Below are positions 57,265 through 64,000 of a stretch of DNA of 64,000 nucleotides, piece by piece (positions within the stretch are counted from its first letter, which is position 1; every line of letters begins with the position of its first letter). A program made the translations under genes and the position numbers. The stretch spans positions 39,964-103,963 of the forward strand of contig CAZDAU010000004.1 of the NCBI GenBank assembly GCA_964503625.1, written 5' to 3'. Below the pieces are notes generated by a model that was not told the origin of the DNA, ran no database searches, and worked only from the letters and a program-made list of their open reading frames with translations. The DNA comes from an uncultured Anaerolinea sp. Its GTDB lineage: Bacteria > Chloroflexota > Anaerolineae > Anaerolineales > UBA4823.

Positions 57265-58507
57265 CCAAAGGCCTAAAAACCTGGTCCAATTTTTTGAGTA
57301 CCACGCGCCAATCGTAGGCACGCTCGGCCAATGACCGGCCATTGCGAGCCAGCCTGGCCTGCAATTCAGCATCGTCCATCAGGCGGATGACCTCGGCAGC
57401 AAAAGCATCTGCATTATCTGCCACCAGCACTTCCTGGCCATGCTGCGCGTCAATGCCTTCCAGGCCAATTGTCGTGGTCACCATGGGCATGGCCTGCGCC
57501 AGAGCTTCCAGGATGCGCACGCGCATCCCGCTGCCCGCGCGCACCGGGATGACCATCAAGGCAGCCTGCTCCAAATAGGGCTTCAGTTCTGGTACATAAC
57601 CGGTGACGGTGATTACCCCAGGATTTTCGCTCGCCATCTGCAGGAAGTCTGCCGGCGGGTTCTTTCCAACGATAGTCAGGGTCACTTCGGGTATCTGACG
57701 AGAGATGAGCGGAAAGACCTCGCTGGCAAACCAGCGAATGCCGTCGGCGTTGGGCGGGTAATGCAGGGTGCCCAGCGTGAGGATGTTGCGCGAGCCTGGC
57801 TGCCGCTGGATCGGCGCCAGGCGTTGGGTATCCACCGCGATTGGAATGACGGTGATCTTTTCAGCGCAGGCCTGCTCAGAACCGGGCGAAGTCTCACGCA
57901 CAGCGGTGAGCAGGTCATTCTGGTCAATCGAAGTCACAGCCAGAGTGTGCTCAAAATCGCGCACCAGCATGGCCTCATAACGCTTCACACGCTGCGCTTC
58001 GATGCCAGCCAAAGGCTTCAAATACCAGGGGGCATTTTGACGCATGCGCTCGACAATGGTCCAGACCGCGTTGTGGGCATCAAAAATGCGCTTTGGGTGA
58101 GGCTGGCTTTCCCCACCCTTGGGGCCACCCTTCGGGATGAGGAACTGGGTCATGGTGAGCTGGTCCGCCAGGGCATAGTCGAAGGTTTCGTTTTGCAGCA
58201 GCCCATCCACCAGGTTGCGCATCGGTGCCAGGTCATCCCGCTCAATCAAGAACGGCCGTCGGGTGAGCTGACTGTTGAACAGATAGTACACATCCTTAAA
58301 TTTGGAGCGCCGGATCGGGACAGTGTGCACCTGGGCGCACACTTGCTTCAATTCAGGAACGTGAGCCTGCTCTTCGGGTCGGACGAAAGAAGCCAGGGTG
58401 ATCTCATAGCCATGCTCTGCCAGGTAATTCAGCACATGCCAGGTTTTGATCTTGGGACCCGAATCGGGCGGATATGGAATAATCTGCGTGAGAAACAGGA
58501 TCCGCAT
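57251..58507 (-). CDS. Glycosyltransferase family 4
   Basis: PYPPDSG, PNADGIRWF, GMRVRILEALA. Confidence 0.9.
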   Translation of the reverse strand: MRILFLTQIIPYPPDSGPKIKTWHVLNYLAEHGYEITLASFVRPEEQAHVPELKQVCAQVHTVPIRRSKFKDVYYLFNSQLTRRPFLIERDDLAPMRNLVDGLLQNETFDYALADQLTMTQFLIPKGGPKGGESQPHPKRIFDAHNAVWTIVERMRQNAPWYLKPLAGIEAQRVKRYEAMLVRDFEHTLAVTSIDQNDLLTAVRETSPGSEQACAEKITVIPIAVDTQRLAPIQRQPGSRNILTLGTLHYPPNADGIRWFASEVFPLISRQIPEVTLTIVGKNPPADFLQMASENPGVITVTGYVPELKPYLEQAALMVIPVRAGSGMRVRILEALAQAMPMVTTTIGLEGIDAQHGQEVLVADNADAFAAEVIRLMDDAELQARLARNGRSLAERAYDWRVVLKKLDQVFRPLDEKN

Positions 58508-58510
58508 GAC

Positions 58511-59515
58511 TTATGAAAGCGATGTTTGCGGTTCGGTGAGCTGGATGGGCGGCAAGCGCAGGTAATCTGTTGTGCGCTGTTTGCGGGTGAAGTCATTATA
58601 AGCGCGCTGCACCTGGATTTCTTCCAGCTCCATCGACCGGGCCACTTCGGCAATAGGAACATTGTGTTCCATGGCATACCACAGCACATCCATCACCGCA
58701 AACGGCAGGCGGAAGAAGAACTCCTCCTGTGTACACGCCGCGCTGTAGGTATCGCTGGTCGGCGGGCGCTGGCGGATTTCATCTGGAACGCCCAGGTACT
58801 CCGCAAGCTGGTAAACCTGGGTCTTGAACAGGTGCACAATCGGCTGGATATCCACGCCGCCATCTCCCCATTTGACAAAGAAGCCCTGGTCATGCTCGTT
58901 CTTATTCGCCGTGCCCACCACCGCAAAGTTGCGCAACTCAGCGTGGTAATACAGCATCGCCATGCGCGTGCGCTGCTTGAAGTTGGACGCCGCTACAATC
59001 TGCGAATACTCGCGCACCGGTAGCCGGCGCGTTTTCTCCTCGCCATCAGGGGTGATAATCGTAAGCGAAAAGAAGTTAAGTGTATCTTCGTCCAGCAGGT
59101 TTTGCGGCAGCACGATCTTTGCTTTATAGCCCAAGGCTGCGTCATATTCCGGGAAAAGCCTGCGAATGGCCTCGTCGCGCCGCGGATAACAGCCAAAGCC
59201 ATCCAACACCGGCGTGATCACTTCAAGCAGCGGCTCAACGCCAAAATGCCCAGCAACCATGCGCCCCAGCCGCTCGCTCTCCGGATCCGAATCTTTTTCT
59301 GGGAGCAACAAAGCCGTCACATTCTGCGGGCCAAAGGCGCGCACGCAGAGGGCCAGAACAACCGACGAGTCAACACCGCCGCTGATGCCCAGCACCACCC
59401 CCCGCCGGTGCAGCACCTGGTGGACTTGCTGGCGCAGGAAGTGGACAATGCGCTCAACTTCCTTCTCCGGGTTGATATCAAGTGAATGTCGCGTAAATGT
59501 CATAGAGTTTATCAC
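58511..59515 (-). CDS. NadE-like ATP pyrophosphatase/amidotransferase
   Basis: GISGGVDSS, ASNFKQRTRM, GTANKNE..GFFVKWGDG, PPTSDT. Confidence 0.82.
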   Translation of the reverse strand: MINSMTFTRHSLDINPEKEVERIVHFLRQQVHQVLHRRGVVLGISGGVDSSVVLALCVRAFGPQNVTALLLPEKDSDPESERLGRMVAGHFGVEPLLEVITPVLDGFGCYPRRDEAIRRLFPEYDAALGYKAKIVLPQNLLDEDTLNFFSLTIITPDGEEKTRRLPVREYSQIVAASNFKQRTRMAMLYYHAELRNFAVVGTANKNEHDQGFFVKWGDGGVDIQPIVHLFKTQVYQLAEYLGVPDEIRQRPPTSDTYSAACTQEEFFFRLPFAVMDVLWYAMEHNVPIAEVARSMELEEIQVQRAYNDFTRKQRTTDYLRLPPIQLTEPQTSLS

Positions 59516-59516
59516 C

Positions 59517-61496
59517 TTAGTTCGTAGGTTTTGTGCATTCCCTGGTCAGCTCATCCGGCCGGGCCGGCGGCGGCATGTGGCGGCGAAAATCGACCACAAA
59601 CTGGCGCCAGACTAATTGAGTGGAAAGAACACCAGCCAGGGCCATGTCATCCGTTTCGCCAATCCGCTTGCCCTGGGACAGCTTCTGAACCATCTGCTGC
59701 ACCGCAGCCGGATGAAACAGACCGGGGGCTTCCAGGCACTCCGCTGAAAGAAGCTCGCTGACATAATCCAACGGGCCGTCCGCTCCAAAAAAGCTGCGAT
59801 GGATCGGCGCCCGGTAAGGGCGCTTGCGGCGCTGCCAGATCTCATCCGGCAGCCATTTGCTCGCCAATCGACGCAGCAAGAACTTCTCGTTCAGGCCAAA
59901 CAGCTTCACCTCCGGCGGCAGCTTGCTGCAGAACTCGACCACCCGGTAATCCAGGAAGGGGAAACGCCCCTCCACCGAGTGCGCCATCCCCACCCGGTCG
60001 CCCTGGGAGGAAAGCAGGTATTGCGGCAAGAAAATCGAAGACTCAAGGTACTGCGCCTGCCCCAGCGGACCCCAACGATCGAAATCGGCCGGGTAGAACA
60101 CCGGTTGAGCGGCGAGACGTCTGGCCAGCTCGTCCCTCAGCGCAGCCGAGAAGAAACGCTTGGCACGGCTGGTTGCCCGCCAACGCACCTGGTGGGAATA
60201 ATCGGGCGCGGCAATGTCCTTCAGCCCTGCGCCAAAGAATGAGGCCAGGTAGGCATTGCTGTTAGGCATGTGCGAGATCTCTGGGTACAGGCGGTTGAAA
60301 AGCAAGGGCCGTAGCTCTGAATCCGGTTGTTTGGCCCAAAAGCGCCTGATTTTAGCTTCTTTGTAGATGTCATAACCCGCCAGGATTTCATCGGCGCCTT
60401 CGCCAGTGAGCACGACCTTGTAATGGTTCTGGCGCACCAGCTCAGACAATTTGTACAGCGGCACCGGCGCAGTGCGCAAGATGGGGACCTCGGTGTGCCA
60501 GATCACCTCAGGGAACAGGTTGCCAATATCGATATGGCGGGTGTACACCACCTGGTGCTGGGTGCCCAGAAACTCAGCCATCTGGCGCTGGAAGGGGCTT
60601 TCGTCGAACTCTGGATCACTGAAAGAGATCGAGAATGTGTCCAATGGCGTGTCGGTGAAGTTGCGGATGATTGCGGTGATGGTGGATGAGTCCAGCCCGC
60701 CGGACAAATATGCGCCAACCGGGACATCCGCCCGCAGGCGGATGCGCGTCGCATCCACCAGCAAAGCCTCCAATTCATCCTGGTACTCCTGCAGGGTGGC
60801 ACGGCTGGTCAAATCTTCGCCGAAGTCCAACGACCAGTAGGCGTGAGAGGCAACCTGATCGCCCTGGGCAATCAGGAAGTGACCTGGAGGCACCTCAAGG
60901 ATGTTTTTGAAAACCGAACGAGGCGCCAGGGTGCTCCAGTAGGTGAATATTTGGTCCAGGGATTCGGGATCGAACTCCGCCTGAACGCCGGGATAGGCCA
61001 GCAAAGTCTTGATCTCGGAGCCAAAGATCAACTGCCCATGATGCGTGGTGTAGAATAACGGCCGGATGCCCAGCCGGTCGCGCGCCAGGAATAGCCGCTG
61101 CTGATGAGCGTCCCAGATAGCTATGGCAAATTGGCCATTGAGATGTTTCAGGCAACCTGGGCCATAATCCTCGTACAGATGCACGATGACTTCGGTATCG
61201 CTGTGGGTGGTAAAGCGATGCCCCCGGGCCTCCAGAGTTGGACGCAGCTCAACGTAATTAAAAATTTCACCATTGAAAACAATCCAGATGCTGCCATCCT
61301 CGTTACTGATCGGCTGGTCGCCACCGCTCAGATCAATGATACTCAGCCGGGCGCTTCCCAGAGCGACATCTTCATCCCGGTAGATGCCAAAGCCGTCCGG
61401 GCCGCGATGACGGATCATGGCCAACATTTGCAGCAGGACTTCCCGGTCAACCAGGTTTTTCTCAGCTTGATTGTAAACACCTATAATACCGCACAT
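59517..61496 (-). CDS. asnB: Asparagine synthetase-like amidotransferase (glutamine-hydrolysing)
   Basis: N-terminal MCGI, HRGPD, FNGEIFN, SDTEV, LSGGLDSS, SVEGRFPFLD. Confidence 0.93.
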   Translation of the reverse strand: MCGIIGVYNQAEKNLVDREVLLQMLAMIRHRGPDGFGIYRDEDVALGSARLSIIDLSGGDQPISNEDGSIWIVFNGEIFNYVELRPTLEARGHRFTTHSDTEVIVHLYEDYGPGCLKHLNGQFAIAIWDAHQQRLFLARDRLGIRPLFYTTHHGQLIFGSEIKTLLAYPGVQAEFDPESLDQIFTYWSTLAPRSVFKNILEVPPGHFLIAQGDQVASHAYWSLDFGEDLTSRATLQEYQDELEALLVDATRIRLRADVPVGAYLSGGLDSSTITAIIRNFTDTPLDTFSISFSDPEFDESPFQRQMAEFLGTQHQVVYTRHIDIGNLFPEVIWHTEVPILRTAPVPLYKLSELVRQNHYKVVLTGEGADEILAGYDIYKEAKIRRFWAKQPDSELRPLLFNRLYPEISHMPNSNAYLASFFGAGLKDIAAPDYSHQVRWRATSRAKRFFSAALRDELARRLAAQPVFYPADFDRWGPLGQAQYLESSIFLPQYLLSSQGDRVGMAHSVEGRFPFLDYRVVEFCSKLPPEVKLFGLNEKFLLRRLASKWLPDEIWQRRKRPYRAPIHRSFFGADGPLDYVSELLSAECLEAPGLFHPAAVQQMVQKLSQGKRIGETDDMALAGVLSTQLVWRQFVVDFRRHMPPPARPDELTRECTKPTN

Positions 61497-61560
61497 AACG
61501 TCTCCAGGTTCTCTGCCCCAAAGAGTGCCAGGGCGGGCATTCGGGCAGCTTGTACGCCAA

Positions 61561-63111
61561 TCACTTCAGCGGTTTTTTATCGATCTTGCCTGAAGGAGTC
61601 TTGGGCAATTCATCGCGGATTTCAACCTTTTGAGGCACCATGAAATCCTCCAAATTGGCGCGGCAGTGCGCCAGGATCTGGGCTTCGGTCAGCCTGGTCC
61701 GATCGGCCACCACAACGGCTTTGACCGCCTCGCCTAAAACCGGATCGGGGATGCCGACAACCGCCGCCTCGATGATGCCATCCAACCGGTACAGGACAGT
61801 CTCCACCTCTTTCGGCGCCACTTTTTCGCCGCGGGTTTTGATGATGTCATCCTTGCGGCCCACAAAATAGAAAAAACCTTCCTGATCCATTCGAAACAGA
61901 TCGCCGGTGTAGCACAGACGCTCGCCGGGCAGCTCACCGGGTCGATACCGTTGAGCAGTCAATACCGGGTCCTCCCAATAGCCGCGCATGACATGCCTGC
62001 CGCGAACCACCAGCTCGCCCACTTCTCCTGGTGGAAGACGGTTGCCCTGCTCATCCACCACCCAGCACTCTGTGCCCGGGATGGGGATGCCCACCGAATC
62101 GGCCCGCCGATCGAGCTCCTCGGGCGGCAGGTAAAGTGTGCGCTTGGTCTCTGTCAGGCCATACATCGAGTAGACCGTCACCCAGGGAAATTTCTCCCGC
62201 AGTTGCTGGATGTGACTGGGGGGCAGCGCCGCAGCCGTATTGGAGAGATAGCGCAGGCTGGACAGGTCAAACTCGCTTAAGTCCATTTGCAGCAGCATGG
62301 CATAGATGGTGGGTACACCAGGAAAGCCGGTAACCCGTTCATCCTGGATGCGCTTCAGGATGGCAGCAGGATAAGTAAACGAGCGCTCCAGCACCAGCGT
62401 GCCGCCAAACTTGAACACCATCAATAACTGATACAGGCCATAATCAAAGGAAAGCGGCAACATGCCAATCACAATATCCGATTCGACATTGTGCAAATAT
62501 TCGATGATCGAGCTGGCAGCAAAAACCACATTGCTGTGATCGCTCATCACGCCTTTGGGTTCGCCTGTGCTGCCAGAGGTATAGATCAGGCAAGCCAGGT
62601 CCAGGTCAATGTTCAGGCGCGGCGGACGAGTGGCAGGCGATTCGCTCTGGATCTGGCCGTAGTTCAGGAAGACAGCGCTGCTACTGGCGACGCCGGTATC
62701 CTGCTCCGCATCTCCTGGCGCCAAACCGCTCAGAACGCACACACGGACCGATGGCGCCTGCGCTAACACGGCTTTGGCCAGCTCGCGGTTGCGCCCGGAA
62801 GTCACCAATGCCGCTGCCCGGCAATTGTTTATGATGCTCACCAGCTTATCCTGCTTGGTGGTGCTGTTGATCACCACAAACACACCACCAGCCTTGAGAG
62901 TCGCAAAGATGCTGACCACGCTGGCCACCGAGTTGGGCAGGTAAATGGCAACCCGGTCGCCCCGCTTTACGCCCTGGGCGCGCAGGGCATTTGCCAGGCG
63001 GTTCGCCATTTGCTCAATCTCGGCATAGGTCAGGCGCTGGTCTTCACAGATCAGGGCGATCTTATCGGGCAGGCGGTCAGCGCTGTTTTGCAGAAAATCT
63101 TGGACCAGCAT
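61561..63111 (-). CDS. AMP-dependent ligase (acyl/aminoacyl adenylation enzyme)
   Basis: YTSGSTGEPKG, MYGLTE, YTGDL, GRKDD, KTPSGKIDK; GAGGTG RBS before ATG 63111. Confidence 0.92.
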   Translation of the reverse strand: MLVQDFLQNSADRLPDKIALICEDQRLTYAEIEQMANRLANALRAQGVKRGDRVAIYLPNSVASVVSIFATLKAGGVFVVINSTTKQDKLVSIINNCRAAALVTSGRNRELAKAVLAQAPSVRVCVLSGLAPGDAEQDTGVASSSAVFLNYGQIQSESPATRPPRLNIDLDLACLIYTSGSTGEPKGVMSDHSNVVFAASSIIEYLHNVESDIVIGMLPLSFDYGLYQLLMVFKFGGTLVLERSFTYPAAILKRIQDERVTGFPGVPTIYAMLLQMDLSEFDLSSLRYLSNTAAALPPSHIQQLREKFPWVTVYSMYGLTETKRTLYLPPEELDRRADSVGIPIPGTECWVVDEQGNRLPPGEVGELVVRGRHVMRGYWEDPVLTAQRYRPGELPGERLCYTGDLFRMDQEGFFYFVGRKDDIIKTRGEKVAPKEVETVLYRLDGIIEAAVVGIPDPVLGEAVKAVVVADRTRLTEAQILAHCRANLEDFMVPQKVEIRDELPKTPSGKIDKKPLK

Positions 63112-63172
63112 GGTCACCTCACCATTGGTCGAATCATCCAGACAGACCGGGTTAGAAACACTTCTGGGGCTC

Positions 63173-63415
63173 TTATTGCTTGCGCCGGACGTAGGCAGAA
63201 AGCCGGTTAACGGAGTCGAAATTATCTGGGATGATTTCGGTATCTTTGACCTGGATGTTGAAGTTCTCTTCAACAAAGAGAACCAGCTCCATCACCCCCT
63301 GCGAATCGATAATCCCTTCTTCAAGGAAAGATGCATCATCGCTGTATTTAAATCCATCGCTGCTGAACAGCAGGTTTTTAGCGATGTAATCTTTGATTTG
63401 TGCTTCGATAGTCAT
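63173..63415 (-). CDS. Acyl carrier protein
   Basis: 80 aa acidic protein; GIIDSQGVMELV phosphopantetheine-Ser motif. Confidence 0.9.
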   Translation of the reverse strand: MTIEAQIKDYIAKNLLFSSDGFKYSDDASFLEEGIIDSQGVMELVLFVEENFNIQVKDTEIIPDNFDSVNRLSAYVRRKQ

Positions 63416-63514
63416 CTGTCAACCTCATGAATTTGAATCATAGAATAATGGCGATTAAACCTGGCAGCCCGTTGAGCCTGCACCAGGCGAATCACTCATC
63501 CAAAGGCGCTCATT

Positions 63515-64000
63515 TCACAGTTCTGGCAGCGCCCGCAGCAGGCGCCGGTAGTTTGTGGCAATTGCCCGGTGCTTTTCACCCCGAACCGCTGGCTCCAAAT
63601 GGGCAACCAGCGCCAGGGCCAGCCGCGGCAAGCCTGTCATATAGAGGATCAGCTTATAAAGCCCAACAGTAAACGGGTCATGATATTTCCGAAAGTAGGT
63701 GACCTTGGCGCGATACAATTGAACGAACATCTCAGCCGCCATTTGACGGGTGCTCTGGCCGCCATAGTGAGTCACCTGCGCCTGCGGCACCCAATAGATC
63801 TTCCAACCATCCTGGCGGATGCGATGGCAAAGGTCAGTTTCCTCGTTGTACATAAAAAATTTCTCGTCAAACAGGCCAACCTGGTCAACAACCTGCTTTC
63901 GCAAGACCATGCAGGCCCCCAGGATGACATCCACAGTCCGTGGAATCTCCGGGTTCCAAGTCTCCATGGCATAGTAACCATCGGGGCGCACGCCAAGATG
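63515..64000 (-). CDS. Glycosyltransferase family 2 (5' truncated by window edge)
   Basis: GACMVLR, FDEKFFMYNEETDLC, VTHYGGQST. Confidence 0.88.
   Translation of the reverse strand, partial: HLGVRPDGYYAMETWNPEIPRTVDVILGACMVLRKQVVDQVGLFDEKFFMYNEETDLCHRIRQDGWKIYWVPQAQVTHYGGQSTRQMAAEMFVQLYRAKVTYFRKYHDPFTVGLYKLILYMTGLPRLALALVAHLEPAVRGEKHRAIATNYRRLLRALPEL

Noticed and set aside
24321-63276. Extended N-termini in the ORF track (hemE 24321, wzc 49664, gmhA 50944, hddA 53135, GT-C 57372, ligase 63276)
   Set aside because: They overlap upstream genes or precede better starts; downstream ATGs with an RBS or a family-typical N-terminus were used instead
1-64000. tRNA, rRNA, CRISPR arrays, transposases, integrases
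   Set aside because: None recognised by eye; tRNAscan-SE, Infernal and a CRISPR finder would be needed to exclude them formally

Overview
This is a gene-dense, GC-rich bacterial segment, most likely from Chloroflexota (Anaerolineae-like), inferred from the ISCNLF-type lipobox, Pro/Thr-rich tails and HisKA_3/NarL two-component systems. It has four blocks. (1) 1-11 kb: a redox operon with a Rieske protein, a monoheme cytochrome c, a QrcB/ActB-like molybdopterin-family subunit, a 4x[4Fe-4S] subunit, an NrfD subunit, an unannotated small TM protein, a second monoheme cytochrome, a NarI/HmcE/DsrM-like and HmcF/DsrK-like pair, a ferredoxin and CbiA/DsrN. (2) 11.8-31.6 kb: divergent siroheme/heme biosynthesis genes (sirC-like, cobA-hemD, hemA/C/B/E/Y/L, a radical SAM enzyme) plus two two-component systems. 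(3) 31.7-45.5 kb: an accessory island with a divergent, probably heterodimeric C39-peptidase ABC exporter, a hairpin-less HlyD-like adaptor and a 60-aa candidate cargo peptide (MKIRTGLKAG leader, CGC motif). It also holds two membrane-anchored pentapeptide-repeat proteins, an orphan ParA, an SPFH protein and three related small single-TM proteins (one a 24-aa sORF missing from the ORF track). Two of its intergenic regions share an ordered set of identical motifs. (4) 48-64 kb: a surface-polysaccharide locus with heptose genes and an ACP/AMP-ligase/AsnB/NadE-like module. No rRNA, tRNA, CRISPR array or transposase was recognised. All family assignments come from motif reading; no database searches were run.
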